64,000 bases of DNA. It comes from Yuukianura sp. NJ FZ-2021. Taxonomy: Eukaryota. This document shows positions 28,197 through 42,012 of this stretch, one piece after another; the first letter of the stretch is position 1, and every line of letters starts with the position of its first letter. The DNA is taken from contig CM102286.1 of the NCBI GenBank assembly GCA_046563655.1, forward strand, positions 3,410,001 to 3,474,000. The letters run 5' to 3'. The translations under genes and the position numbers were made by a program. The notes beneath the pieces were generated by a model that was not told the DNA's origin, searched no databases, and saw only the letters and a program-made list of their open reading frames with translations.

Positions 28197-28766
28197 CGAT
28201 GGGTTAGGCAACAGCTCGAGCTGTGAATTTCTAAGCAAAATTTTCGAAAATGAATTCACTCAAGTTCATTCGTCGTCTTTATGGCAATTTGAATTTAAAA
28301 CAAGGTAGGGCGATGCTCAAGGGTTGAGCATAGGTCTTCTGGAGGTAGTGGACAATTGATAAGGCTTTTAAACCGGCTGTCCGCAAACCCGTCGAAGAGA
28401 AACGTTAAGAAACCGTTTTTACTAGATTTATGAAAGAAAACATCGCTAATAATTTTCAGTGCAGATGTGGGGCTTTTGCGCACAATTGCACCAAATGTTA
28501 AAAAACCGTTTGCATCAAAATGTTGTTCAACTTTGAACAGTTTTCACTTTCTTCAAAATTATTTTGCTGCACAATTGTTCCCAAATATGCACAGATTTTG
28601 ACATCACAACGTCCATTACCCAGCGTCAAAATAACTGCACAATTTTACATTTTTTTTTTATTTTACATTGACGTGCAATAAGTGTGTAACATGCACAAAA
28701 TTGAACGTTGAAGAAAGTGTGTCGAATACATCGAGTTACAAGGACGATTCGATTTTTTTTCTTTTA

Positions 28767-29022
28767 ACTAGAGTGGACATAAGGCCTTTTTTTAACAAAA
28801 TTTTTGAAACATTTCTAGAGCGGATAAAAACCGCTTTCATCTCAACTTTAAGCCAGTTTCACACAAACTACGAACTGCAGGTGTCATTTTGTCTGACAAA
28901 AATGACACCTGCAGTTCATAGTTTGTGTGAAACTGGCTTAAAGTTGAGATGAAAGCGGTTTTTATCCGCTCTAGAAATGTTTCAAAAATTTTGTTGAAAA
29001 ATTGCCTTATGTCCACTCTAGT
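28767..29022. repeat. Near-perfect palindrome with ~125-bp arms, from the same TIR family
   Basis: ACTAGAGTGGACATAAGG...CTGCAGGTGTCATTTT, then AAAATGACACCTGCAG...CCTTATGTCCACTCTAGT, with almost no spacer. Confidence 0.9.
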
Positions 29023-31249
29023 TTTCCTGAAAATATGGCATTGCGTCTATTTTGCTAGGTTAGGTTAGGTTTGGTTTGTTCAAGCGTTAAACAATAAAAA
29101 GTTAACATGTGTCCTTGTGGGGAATTTTCAATTTTCAAAATTCGAAAAAAAATAGCTCCCTTCATTTCCGGACAAAAATTCTTTCAGAATCGGATTCAAC
29201 ACCTTTGAATTAGTATAAAAAAATATCACGTCAAAATCCATACTTCGCCCCAATAGCACATTTTTACCCGGTCGCCAATGCATAGTCTCCAATTGACAGT
29301 CACTAATGGACGTTCACTAACGGACGGTGACCCATACCCGGTCACCAAGTTCTACTTGGACCGAAAGTTTCGGTTTGCAGTAGTGCAATATCCGTATTTA
29401 CGAGACGTAAATGAAGAGTCATCAGTCATCACTCTTCATTTTGCTCAGTTTTTCTTCCTCACTTTTCAAAAAAAAGGTTGAAAACTGCGGAAGGAAATTT
29501 GAGGAGCATGGTGTTATGGTGAAGCGCTCCTCATCCTCAATCTGCAAAAATTGAAAACAGCGGAGTGATTATTGAAAAGTGAAAAATGTAAAGTGGTGAA
29601 ATAGTCCCCAGGAGTGAGTAGCTTCTGTTTTCTTATGGGAAAAAAGCACATGACATCGTGCAGGTGTTTTTGCGGTTTCTCATTTGAACTGAACAGTAAA
29701 TGGTAGAATTGCCAACCCAGTTTTGGTGCAACTCATGCACAAAATGTGACCTCACATCCCCACTAAAAATGCTGAGCGAGTTTTGGTGCATCAGCTACAT
29801 GAAAACGGTTTCTCAGTTCTTCTACAGTTTTGATTCAGGCCGGCTAAAGTCGCAACAATTGTCAACTCCCTCCAGTAGACCTATGCTCAACCCTTGAGCA
29901 CCTCCCTACCTTGTTTGTTTTTCATGCGATTTTTTCAAACATCGAGTTATTGCTTAACCTCTTTAAAGAAGATGTTGCAAATAGTAACCTTGGGTTGTGC
30001 GGCCACAATACTAACAGCATGGCATGGAGAAAGTATGGGTTACAGAAAGTTCCGGGAGTTGAGGAGTGGAAATGTACGGTGTGTCCGCTTTACATTGCTT
30101 CTCCAAGCACATATTTCCATTAATTCCGACCCGACCCTCCACTCACTAGCTCAGGGCTGTGTGGTATTATCTTTTTTTTTTTAAATTTAAATAGGCTTTG
30201 CCCCTGCACTCAAGGTTTATCACCTCGTAAGTATTCAAGTAAGTCAAATAAGAAGTAAGAGTCTCTCTGTAGGATTAGAAATTAATCGGTTAGGCAATTG
30301 TGAACTTCTACTTTCTGAACAGTCACGAGTTTTTCATTGCCACAAGCACAGCGTGATAAGGAGATTGCATTACGTCATTACAGAAAGTTTGGGTCGCAAC
30401 ACATTGTTGCCCCATATATATGATAATACTGTCACGACGGTATATGTGCAACTTATGCACGTCAAGGAAACTAATTTGCATTATTTCCAGTTGTGTAACC
30501 ATTAGTGCGTTACCCTGGTTTCGATCAGTAGAGTTAGATTTACACTCCTTGAATCCGTGGGAAAGGTTTGGAAGAAGTCCATGCAATTCATACAAATGAA
30601 TGTTACACTTGACATAAGGTCAAGTGTAACAAGTCTTGACTTTTTCTAAAACGGAAGAAAACGCTGAAAGAGTGATCAGGGCAACTTTATTTTAGTCTCT
30701 GCAGTTAGTCGGACGCATAGACAAGACTGCAAATTTATTTGTTACAATTATTCTACAAGATTTTTGCTACAGAATTTTTAAAGAAATGGGTTACGGCTGC
30801 CCCCAGTCTGCTTTTATAGAAAGGAATTGGCTTAGACCATCAAGACAAATATCCCATTTCTTAGGTAGCCTCCTTTGTAAACGGATCCAAAGGCAGGAGT
30901 AAGAATTTGTAAAGTAGGATTGGCCAATTACTCTTACACCCAGAAACCTGTGACTTCAGACATCAGGATATTAACCTAATAAAGTTAACAAAATTAACTT
31001 AAGCGCTAATGGTTAATTGGCATTTAGGAAGATGATTTTCAACATTTTGTCAAAAATCCCCTAGCTTTATCACTTGAAACAACCATGACCTAGTGCTTCA
31101 AGTAAATTTCTTTGATGTGTAAATATCACGGTTATCTGGCTAGTTGAATCTAAAATGTATTGAAGCCTCGCAAAACCCTCTTTGGCTCCAAGTTGAGATG
31201 GAAGATATAGAAGAGATTGCTTGGAGAAACAATGTAGAAGAAGAGGTTC

Positions 31250-31872
31250 CAGGTCATTAGCGCGAAAAAATACGCGCGATTTCATTAGGGGCGAATGCAT
31301 TAAGCGCGAATACAATAAGGGCGCAGGAAAATAAGCGCGAAGGAAATTAAGCGCGAATGTAAATTAGGGCGAATGCAATTCGAGCGCCCCTAAATTAGCG
31401 CGGAGGTAAATAGGCGCGAATTTCTAACAACAAAAAGTGGAAATTGAAACTAGTTGGTCTGCCATTTTTAATAACAAGCCGCATGAATAGAAACTTAACC
31501 AAACCTAACCTATACTTCACAAAGCCATTGTTTTAATGCTTCGCCGAACCTAACCTATGATAACTAACTAAAATAAATACAAAAAAAAATTGAGAAAAAG
31601 TTAACCTACAAACCCTATTCTAACAATAAACTTAGCAAATATAAGAAATTCGAAACCCAAATTTAAAAAACCAACTTCAATTTCCATTTCTCATTACGAA
31701 TTCGCGCCTATTTACCTTCGCGCTAATGTAGGGGCGCGCCAATTGCAATCGCCCTTGGTTACATTCGTGCTTAATTACCTTCGCGCTTATTTACCTACGC
31801 CCTTATTGTATTCGCGCTTAATGTATTCGCGCCTAGTGAATTCGTGCCTTTTGTTTTCGCGCTAATGACCTG
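31250..31872. mobile_element. MITE-like element with ~200-bp TIRs rich in GCGCGAA subrepeats
   Basis: CAGGTCATTAGCGCGAAAA at the left end and TTTTCGCGCTAATGACCTG at the right end. Confidence 0.8.
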
Positions 31873-32319
31873 CTACGGTAGCAGATACAACCCTCGGACG
31901 ATCTGCTTTTCTACGCGGAGAGATTTTTTGCACATATAATTTTGCTTTGCTGTTAATATTGTGACCAACGGACACACTCGGCAATTATAGTATAAGGTTC
32001 TTCTGATGTCAACCCAACATACCACCCTAAGTAGAGTGGCACAAATAAAGTACCTAATTAATTAGTTTTGCACGTATGTAATACCTTATTAGGTTAGGTT
32101 AGGTAATACCCTATTTTACCGCTTTCAACTGAATCCAATAAAAAAGAAAGATATATTACTTTTTCATGCAGTTCCAAACGTAACGTCTTGGTAAAACCAG
32201 AATACCAAAAAGCATTAGCGTAAACTCTTGAGTTTTGAAATTCAACCAAACTAAATGGAATCTCTAATTATGTTAAGTAAATTCCGTCCTATTCCGCGGT
32301 GCTACAATAGTCCAACAGA

Positions 32320-32353
32320 TATAAAAAGGACGTTTTACTGCAAAAGAGTCAGT
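32320..32353 (+). promoter_or_regulatory. Core promoter of TPS-A (TATA box plus arthropod Inr)
   Basis: TATAAAA at 32320 and TCAGT with its A at 32351 (31-nt spacing). Confidence 0.6.
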
Positions 32354-32393
32354 CCACTTTATTGGGTAACCCTGGAGGTGTCAGAATAACATC

Positions 32394-34088
32394 ATGTGCG
32401 CAGCGCTTGCACTTGCAAAAAGCTTCCGTCAAAAGCCACAAAAGCTTGGGAAGCTGAAAATGTCTGATAATTCGACATTTGAGTTTGGAAGCTGCGAAGG
32501 TGAACTTTTATTTGACTTGGCAAGTTGGACTGGTTATGCGGCTCTCGATACAGGTGCACTACTGGAAGTAGTATGCGAAAACATAAAAATTCGTATCCAT
32601 AAAGGCTTGGGAAGCTATGAGGGAATAGAAATCAAGCCATATACTATCCCAATTGTCATGAACTGGAACTTGCTGCCGCGACAGGATATTTCCTTAAATC
32701 ACTTACAACTTTGTCAAAATAAGATTAACAAATGGGCTGCGGAATTAAATATCACGTCAGGCTCGTCATACTACAACAAACTACAAGAAGCCGACGTACC
32801 CCTCTTCTGTGCCACAACGGTGCCTGGTATCTCTCTGAAGGAAATGTCAGTGTTTGTACTTCAACTGCTTATTCAACTTGTTCTTGGTAATGTTCATACT
32901 AAATAATATTGTACAACATGCAAAAAACTACCGCAAACGAAACTATATACAAATTAAAACATCTAAGCCAATTTCGTTCAAAAATTTGCTTGGTAAAAGT
33001 AATACCGGTGTCATTCTTTGCTCGATCAATCTTGCAGTAATTTCTGCGCCAGAGCTCCTATTTACTAGGTGTTTTTTTTTTCATAAAGTTTAGAAAACTT
33101 ACACGTTATCCTGTTTATTTGTTCTCGTTCTACGACGAATTGCAGTAACACGTTAGCAGTACAAGGTGTTACTCAACCCAACCTAACCAACTTGACCCTA
33201 CTATTCCGTATTTTTTCAAATAATTTAACCACATGTTTTCCCTAGTGTTCAACACTAAAATTGACGTAAACAACATATTCCGTATAATACTGCTTTTTAA
33301 TTTGCCTTTTATTTATAGACGACACTATGGACAACAACAATGATTTCAAAAGTGAGGACATACCGATACATATCGCCACCTCTGTTGTAAACTACTTCTG
33401 CGAAATATTAAGAGGCCAGCAGAAAGAACCGTACTTGGACCTAGATTTTCCAAACTCTTTAGGAATGTGCCGTCTTATTGCAAAACTTCGCAAGAAACTA
33501 ACAGCATACGGAATCAACAACTGTCTGGACTATTTTATTGCATTTGAGGATTATATGAATGCAGTATTACTGGAGAGTCGATTTCGAAATCCATCATCAA
33601 GTGATGATGGATTCTTCTCTGATTTATACCTTCCAATTAGGGAACATTCCTTGGGCGTCAACTGTGTCATTGAGCTGCATGCAGTAATGAAAGGTATATC
33701 GATTTCACAAAGAGTACGAAGAGATCCAGCTTTGGCTTTGTTTAACAGACAAGTTGCGAGGGAGATTACCCTTGTAAATGACATACTGTCTTACACGAAG
33801 GAAGAAGCTTGTAATGAAAAATCGAACTTTATATCTATATACTGCAATAACAAATCGATTCACGAGACCTTTGACGAGGCTTTTAAAATGGCCACACGCT
33901 GCATTTGCAACGCATGTATACTTGAGAAATATTTACTTACAAAGTACCCGCATGAGCTTCCCTTAAAAAGCTATTTGAGCATTGGTTTATTGAGCATTGA
34001 CACCGGCCTGCAGTATTCATTACAAACCCAGCGTTATGGAGCTTTCGAGTTTGAGGCAGTAGCCGACGTAAGAAATCACTGTAGTTGA
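32394..34088 (+). CDS. Microbial-type class I terpene synthase TPS-A, 2 exons, 420 aa (398 aa from the ATG at 32460)
   Basis: Exons 32394-32886 and 33319-34088. Splicing creates LDDTMD (DDxxD). Also R-x-x-S-L-G (effector triad), NDILSYTKE (NSE/DTE), EKSN and QRY. Confidence 0.9.
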
Positions 34089-35793
34089 TCAAGGTAGTGG
34101 ATTTGCGTTAACGCATTAGAAAAAACACGGCATTGGAGTAGATCTTTAGAAAGAATCAAACTAGTAGATCAAAGTAGTAATCAAGTAGATCAAAGAATCT
34201 TTTAAATCAGATCTTTCTTTCAAAATTTCTTTTTAAAATTGAAGTTAATGTAAAATCTATTCTTTACTAAATTGTTGAAATTATAGTTATGTAAAAAAAA
34301 CTGTACAGTTAAATTAGTCCTCACATACGGACTCTCTCACACTGGTGAAGCACCTACAAGTTCAATATTCAAACAGCTAGATTTCCTGTGATAAAGCATA
34401 CATTTGAATGCTCAATGGCCGAAGCTTCTCAGGCAAACCGTGTTGGTTTTAAATTGTTGAATTACAACAACAATTTAGGCAGCAAATATTTCCTGTGAAT
34501 GAACTACGAACCTCTTGATCTTGACCCTCACATTTCAAACTAATTTTGACAACGTTCTTCATAGGCGTTCAAAATCAAATATAGCAGTTATGTTTCCGAT
34601 TTGATAACTGTGTTAACACTTCATAGTATTGTAACAAGGCCAAAATATATAATCAATAAATGTTGACCCGGAAATTCTTATTGTACTAAACTAACATTTT
34701 GTGAATCGATGATTACTGCTTAGCTACTAATAAAAAATTAATTGTTTTGCTGAGTTTTTTAAAATTAAGATGTTGTATTGCAAAACGACAGTGAGCTGAA
34801 ATCCTCGACCGCATACTTACGAGATAATTTGTTGACACTCAAAGTCAGATACAAAAACACTTACCAGCCAAAAAGTTTCTCTTTTTTTCCGAATAAAATG
34901 ATCGCGATGTAGTCCTAACAACCTTAACGAGAGACGCCACATCATTGAAACGCCATTAAAAGTGAGTTTTGTAGATGTTGCAACGACTGGGAATTGAGAG
35001 TTCACACGTTACGTAATCACGCAACATGCCGACGGGGTCTTCATGATTTAAATTGTGTGACTTATGCTAACGTTCCAATCAATGCGTGTCCATATTCCCG
35101 CATACTCTAACTGGTACTATAAACTGAATCTTTTAAGAAAAGATGAGAAATATTTCAAATACTAACAATATTCCGTTAATACCATAATGACCAGGCATGC
35201 CAAAAAAAAAACTGAGAGTTGGGGAGACTTGATAGTTGAGTCTCACCCAATTTGCCTGACTCTTTTAGAAAAACTCGCGCGAATGATCACAAAATTTGGC
35301 TTTTTATAATTCAAAGCAGTCAGTCCATTTCTTTGTTCCTTCACTGTCGTGTCAGTTAGTTCTTAGTCATTATCAGAAATACCAAAAATCAAAAATATTT
35401 AGGCCTTAAAAATTTGTTAGGCCCGTTCTTATTGGTAAGAGCAGACAAAGGGCAACGCAATTCGCTTATGGGCAAGAGCAGACCCGTACGATTTGCCTAC
35501 AATTTAACCAGTTGTTCTCGAGGTCCATAGGAACAACTTTTGTACAGGGCCTACATGGGGCATTGAACGGTTTGACCTCCAGGGGTCACCAACAGTCAAG
35601 GGGTCATCGTATGACAACCCCCCACAAATAAGGTATCGTTGGAAAAGTCTTGACCTCATGGTTCAGAAAATGCATGGGTATCAATACTTTGGTTCAGGCG
35701 TTTAGCCGTAAGGGATCACTGAAGGTCAAATATGAAAAAAGTTGCAAAGTACCAAAAAGTGAAAATCGTTACATGACAACCGACAAAATGAGT

Positions 35794-35927
35794 TACAGAA
35801 GCCGCTCTAATATACAAACTAAAAACCTCATCCTTTTCTCCACTCCTTCTCACGGGCCTCGCACAAAACTGAAAGGAGTGGAGAAAAGGATGAGGTTTTT
35901 AGTTTGTATATTAGAGCGGCTTCTGTA
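35794..35927. mobile_element. Tiny TA-flanked hairpin element (mini-MITE)
   Basis: About 55-bp perfect inverted arms CAGAAGCCGCTCTAATATACAAACTAAAAACCTCATCCTTTTCTCCACTCCTT around a short loop, with TA on both sides. Confidence 0.75.
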
Positions 35928-37804
35928 TACAAAAGTTGTTCCACTAAAAAAAAACAACTTTTCCCTCTTCCATTTTTTTCTACGGCGAACAGCTGACGAG
36001 ATACCGACCCAGGCCAAAACTGATAAAAGTAGATTTCGGATGTAATTACAAATGTAATTTTTGTAAAATTGTAAGGTAATTACAAAAATTAACTTAACGT
36101 TTCCGCTAACAATCGTGGCGTGTTATTTTTGATTCTGCCCCATTGTCGGTCATAGAAATTATTCCGGACCGGAATCCCGAAATTTCCGGGAACAATTACT
36201 TATGTGGAGAGAGCTGTCAAGGTGATTTTGTAGGGTTTTGTTCTAACTAGAGAGGAAATATGGCCTGATTTCAATAAAAAATTTGAAGCCAATTCCTTGG
36301 CGGACGATGGCTGGCAAAACCGCTTGCCCTTGAAGGATTAAGGCTTGCACCTACCCTGGAAACGGTGGGTCCAAATGAAGTGAACACCTTTCAAGTGAGT
36401 AGCTCACGGTAGAAATGTCGTACAGTGATCCACAATATTTATATCAAAGTTTGAGAAAAGACTTGAGTGTGTCAAATACGGTTAATAATGGAAAGTGCTC
36501 TTATGCAGTAATTAGCTATTCGTGAAATGTGAAACTGCAAGAATAGGATGTTATGTGAACCATCCTTAATTTTCATGAAATTCAGTCAGTTGTCAAGGGG
36601 AAAAAATGGTTTCAAAAAGTTTGTTTAAAATTGTCTCAATTTCCCATCTAGTTAGTAAATTTTTAAAAAACCTTTACTTATGTGCAACCATCCATTGGAA
36701 GCATTACATCTAATGGAACATTATCAGTGTTATCAGCTGATATTATCAGTGTATTTTCCATCTAAATGGATGATTTTCAGCCGGGCCGAGACGACCTTCT
36801 GAGGCGAAAGTTGCAAAATTACTGTTCAACAACATGACAACGTATTCGTTGATAACGAAGGAGGAAGCGGCTTCAACTCACAACTTCTGTCCCAGTTTTG
36901 AAAGTATTTTTTAATATTAATATATTTTGTATAATAATAGAAATTATTATTATAATAATTTCGTGACAATCATCGGAGTCATCTCTGTTTGTCTGTCCCA
37001 AATTATTATCTCAGAAATCACTGGACAAATTTCAATCGGGTTTTCATCAGCGACCATGTCACGACCCAAGGTAAATAGAATACTACTAGGTAGTGCGAAT
37101 GGGAACTTTGTTTGGTTGCCATGTCAAAAAAAATGACATCACTCGCTGAAAAATACCGGAATTCTGCTCATTATTGATGGTGTCCTATAGAAACCCGTAA
37201 GACACATTTTGTTTACATAGATGCCAGCGGGTTCCATTTTCACGATTACGGTATTTTTTCAGCGGGTGACGTCACAAACAAAAATTGCGTTGGTTGCTAT
37301 AAGCGCTATTTGCAGGGGGCTGGTCACGACCCGGACCTGTTCACTGTTGAATATCATGCGGCTCCGTGACCTGAAAAAATGAAACGACAAAATTCAAAAA
37401 TTCGAAATAAAAAAAATCAACAAACATTACACTGAAACTGAAAATATCATGTGTTCATTATGTAAGGTAGACGCTTCCCTCAATCCCTCCTTTCACGCGG
37501 ATAAGGAGGTATACGCTTGGGATGGAATGTGAGCGGGGAAAGGAGATGTAGAGGGAAAACTTTGGCTGTAGGGCTGTCCGTTGAGCTTTAACAAGTCATT
37601 CAATCTTCTGTTTTAACGGACCTTTGAGTGGGGATTAGTTTTAATTGTTTTAAACTTAATTATGTGGTTTAGACGAAGAAGGGCCTATGTCGTTGCCAAG
37701 AACACAATTGACTACGATTCGTTGCGATCCAACTAAACAAATAATTAATTAAATAATTAAATAATAAATTACTACGATCCAACTAAACAAATCTGTTTGT
37801 TTAG

Positions 37805-38723
37805 TTGGATTTGGAAATCCCTGATCCGAAGGGAGATTTGAGCAACAACCATGAAAATGGAGAATTTGATTTGCTCAGTTTCCAAGCAACCAGAAACGAA
37901 GTTCAGTATTCGTGTTGCCCAGATGAACCATATCCGGATATCACTTTTACCATCACGTTGAAGAGACGCCATTTCTTTTATGTCTTCAACCTCATAATCC
38001 CTTGCTGTCTTATCAATGGAATCGGTAACAGTAACTTTGTTTTAAAATGTTTGTAATCGCATGCACGCACTTTCTCCTTAAGAACAACATGACATTCAAC
38101 TTTCAGTCTGAATTTAGAAGGCGTACAACTGATTAACCTTTAAATTTTGACATTGCTGGATGCGATTTTTGGAAAATTGATTTTACTGACAAAGTAAATG
38201 CTAAACCGGAGTTTACGGGTGGAAAAAAAAGGAAGTTACCCTGCATCGAATTTAGCTTAAATTGAATATCCTGTGGACGGACTGTTCTCAAACTGAAGGT
38301 GTGACAGAAGCGTGCAAAACTTTTGATTGGGAAGACCTTAGAATTCAATTTTCTGTTCTTTTTTTCGATTTTATCCACGAAAACTAAAATAAAGTTGGGA
38401 TCTTAGTATTCAGATTTTCTATTGGAAAAAATATGGTTTCCATAAACGGTTTTTTCACTCTCGCTTTTCAATTGTTGATCGAAAATATTGAAACATGAAA
38501 TGGAAATTTTTTGTTCAAACAGTTTTGTTTACAGTTTGTTTTGTTAAAAAAAATAACAGATTTGTTTTTCGTTTGCTTTTCTGAGCAGCTCTGAATGTGT
38601 TTTTTGTTCCGCCTGATTCAGGAGAGAAAGTGACGCTTGGAATATATGCTCTTTCTTCGATGACAGTTTTTCTGATGACAATTCGAGAAAGTTTACCTCC
38701 AACAGAGAAAACGCCGCTCATCG
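37805..38723 (+). pseudogene. Orphan two-exon fragment of a nicotinic acetylcholine receptor alpha subunit (insect alpha5-like), loop C to M2
   Basis: Exon 37805-38024 reads ENGEFDL...YSCCPDEPYPDITF...FYVFNLIIPC. Exon 38589-38723 reads PPDSGEKVTLGIYALSSMTVFLMTIRESLPPTEKTPLI. There is no GT donor after the second exon, and no Cys-loop, M3 or M4 exons were found nearby. Confidence 0.75.
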
Positions 38724-38874
38724 CTAATCATTTTGCTCCAAAATTTTGAAAAGAAGGCGAAATTTTTTTTGTAAAAAACACAACTTACTTTTCTTGCGTA
38801 TGTGAATTGCTACAATACTAATGGCACCAGTGGTGTTTATTAAGTAGCTTTAGCTACTTTATAAAAGTATTCTT

Positions 38875-39115
38875 GTCCGTCATCACGTTTTCCGTCATAT
38901 CCCCATAAGGAAAGCCGGTCCGTCATCGCGTTTTCCGTTAAGGCATAGGGAACTCCATTTGTCATCACGTTCTCTGACATCTCCATAAGATAGGCCGGTC
39001 CGTGATCACGTTCTCTGTCATGTGCATAAGATAGGCCGGTCCGTCATCACGGTCTCTGTCATGTCCATAAGAAAGGCTTGTCCGTCATCGCGTTTTCCGT
39101 CATGACATAGGGAAA
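38875..39115. repeat. 40-bp minisatellite, ~6 copies
   Basis: Unit approximately GTCCGTCATCACGTTTTCCGTCATRTCCATAAGATAGGCCG. Confidence 0.85.
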
Positions 39116-39879
39116 ACCATTGAAAAATGTTAAAAAACATCAGCACAATTATCTCGGAAACTACTGAACCAGAACCAACTACTTCGTCCAGGTTTTTACC
39201 AATCAACAGCTCATGACCCGGGTGAGATCAAGTTTGCAAAGTCATTCCGGTCAGTGACCTCATTCCGGGTCAAAATCGATCTCAAAGTTCACGTGAATTG
39301 TTAGATAGAGGAAGTGTGGGTACAAAAAACTCTGCTTGTGGGACTGGAAAGGTAAATGGCATGGGAGTTGGTTTTCTGCTTAGCAAGAAATCAACTACGC
39401 AGCAGTTGACCAACACACTCGTGCACTGTCCTTCTGCTGCTGTTGCTTCACCCGGATCCTACCTCTTCACATCTTTGCTAGACCTCACCCCCATTTCCAC
39501 TGGAGGGTGAGAAATTAGGGGAAACACAGTCCCACTTCCCCCCGGGTGGCGCGGGAAAGTGGGGGCAACACACCACCACTCCTCCCGGGGGGCGGAGAGG
39601 TGGAAGAAAAACATCCCTTGTTTAAAAAAAAAATAAACGCTAAAGCTACTTTTTTATGTGCGGTTTACAACCGGTTTATTTTTACTTGAGATTTGGCATA
39701 TTTGCCCATTTGTGAACTGGCACTTGTGACGTCTATAGAAACTCAAGACTTTTCCACTTGCAGATACAAAAAAGTCACGTGGTATGAAGGAAGCGCACTT
39801 TTTGAATAAGGAGCCCAGAAGAGCCAAATGCATTTTCATTTTCAAATTGAATTTGAATTAGGAGCCCAGAAGGGCCAAG

Positions 39880-40145
39880 TGCATTTTCATTTTGAAATTG
39901 AAATTGAAATGCAATTGAAAATGCTTTTTGAAATGAAATGCAATTGAAAATGCTTTTTGAAATGAAATGCAATTGAAAATGCTTTTTAAAATGAAATGCA
40001 ATTGAAAATGGTTTTTAAAATGAAATGCAATTGAAAATGCATTTGAAAATGCTTTTTAAAATGAAATACAATTGAAAGTGCATTTGAAAATGCTTTTTGA
40101 ATTACAAAATGAGAAAAACAGCATTGGCACTCTGGGGCCACCATA
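39880..40145 (-). repeat. Inverted copy of the 29-bp minisatellite element at 1890-2130
   Basis: (GAAATGAAATGCAATTGAAAATGCTTTTT)n followed by CAGCATTGGCACTCTGGGGCCAC. Confidence 0.85.
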
Positions 40146-40326
40146 CTCTAGTGTTGCTCCGACCCAATGTTAATAGCATGGCCATGCAAACTATGAGTAG
40201 AAAAAACTCTGCTTGGAATGGAACGATCCTGGGGTGTGGTGTACCTACCTTTTACTTTACTTCTCCAAAGCACAGACTACCAAAAATTCCAGCCCCCCCC
40301 CCCCAGCCAATACATTTTCTATTCAA

Positions 40327-42012
40327 CTAGCCAGAAACCCGTGACTTGAAGCACTAGGTCATACTCTCGGGTCAAACGAAAAAGCTAGCGGATTTTTGAC
40401 AAAATGTTCCAAATCATCCTTCCTTCATGTCAAAAATCCACTAGCTTTTTCGTTTGACCCGAGTATGGGTTAGATTTCCGTTTCTCGGGCCATGAAACGT
40501 TTTTTCTAAGTTTTTTGGTCAAAATTTTCGAAAAAATTTTTTTTTCGTCTTTTTCACTTTTTTATGTTTCAAACGTTTTTGGAACGTTTGGAATAAATAA
40601 TTTTTTTTGACCCCAAGGGTCCCCCCTTCCCATTTCTTTAAAATGCTGGAGTCAAAAATTTCCGAAAGAAAATTTGGCGAAATGTTTGCTTTGACCTCTG
40701 ACCTCAGAGAGTGGTCGTAGGGTCATAGTCTATAGGCCAAAAAATACTCCCCTCATGATTCTGAACAACTTTTATAAGGGTCATTTTCAGTGTTCCGTAA
40801 AAAGCGCTTTTTTAAAGCCGATGCTTTGCTTTTTGCTGTAAATAGCATTTTTTGCTGTTTTTGCTTTTAATGCTTTAAAAGCAACAAACTTGCTGTTAAT
40901 GGGAGGGACGGGAGGGAGGTGAAAGGTAGGTACAAGACAATGGATAGAAAGAAGAAGATGTTCTTCTTTCTTGCACTTGTTTTGAGTTGATCTGCCTTTT
41001 GAATCATCTTTCACTTGTCAAATTGTGAATTAATTATATAAAATGACGTTGAATCGACAATTGGAAAGCAAAATAGAAGTTAACGGAATCGGGAGGTATG
41101 AACGGCGCAGATTGGTCAATCGGATTAAGACATTGTGTTGTTAAGGACAAGAGTAGGCAATCCGTCATGTCTGTGTGCCAGTGTCACTTTGGTATGTCCC
41201 AAAACTATGACACTGGGTCTTATGCTGGCAAGCTACAACCTCTATGTCCACTCCCCACGGCTTTTCCAGTTCCTGTCGGCACTGGCACAGCGAAAGCTGG
41301 CACTGGCACAACCGGAATGCAAATAGAGTGTCGACAAGAACTGGTGAGGATCCCTTATGGCTATCGTCACTTATGGACTTTACATGTATGGACATACAAG
41401 TTAGCCAAACCAATCTAAAAATGTTAGTTACTCCACTGGACAGGTTGGTGGAATAGTTTGTTTGGTTTTACTTTTCACACTTTGTTCAATAACTTTGACT
41501 AGTTTTGTCTAATTTGAGCACATTTAATTAGTTCCCGCGCGTCCTTTGAAGCTGCGCGTTCTCTTCTCCCCTTCACTTAGATTTTGTTTGCTCAAAAAAA
41601 GCAAAACTTAAAAAAGCAAAAGTGAAAAACGCATGCTTGCTGGTTTTGCTTTAAAAGCAAAAAAAAGCAAGCAAAAAAAGCATCTGCTTTAAAGCACCGC
41701 GGAACACTGGTCATTTGTGAGATTGTTAGGGGTGCCCACTTCACTTTCCGGACTTAGAAAATTTTTGACTCCAGCATTTCAAAAAAATGGGAAGGGGGGA
41801 CCCTTGGGGTCAAAAAAATTATTTGCTCCAAACGTTCCAAAAACGTTTGAAACATTACAAAAAGTGAAAAAGACGAAAAAAAATTTCTTCGAAAATTTTG
41901 ACCAAAAAACAGAAAAAAGTTTCATGGCCCCAGAAACGGAAATCTAACCGAAGTATGACCTAGTACTTCAAGTTAATTTCGTGATGCGTAAGCATCACGG
42001 GTTTCTGGCTAG
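40327..42012. mobile_element. Composite element bounded by ~300-bp inverted arms that end in Helitron-like 3' termini
   Basis: The right end has hairpin CGTGATGC-GTAA-GCATCACG then TTTCTGGCTAG|T. The left end is the reverse complement without the hairpin. A ~95-bp TA-flanked hairpin is inserted at ~40366-40463. A similar terminus occurs at 31085-31143. Confidence 0.65.
40788..41709. mobile_element. Nested hAT-like non-autonomous element
   Basis: TIRs CAGTGTTCCG...CGGAACACTG; 8-bp TSD GTCATTTT/GTCATTTG (1 mismatch). Confidence 0.7.

Noticed and set aside
35794..35927. Hairpin as a miRNA precursor
   Set aside because: Perfect arms flanked by TA inside another repeat fit a mini-MITE better; no expression evidence.
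41098..41456. Overlapping ORFs inside the hAT-like element
   Set aside because: No transposase motifs; they arise from short GGCACT-type repeats.
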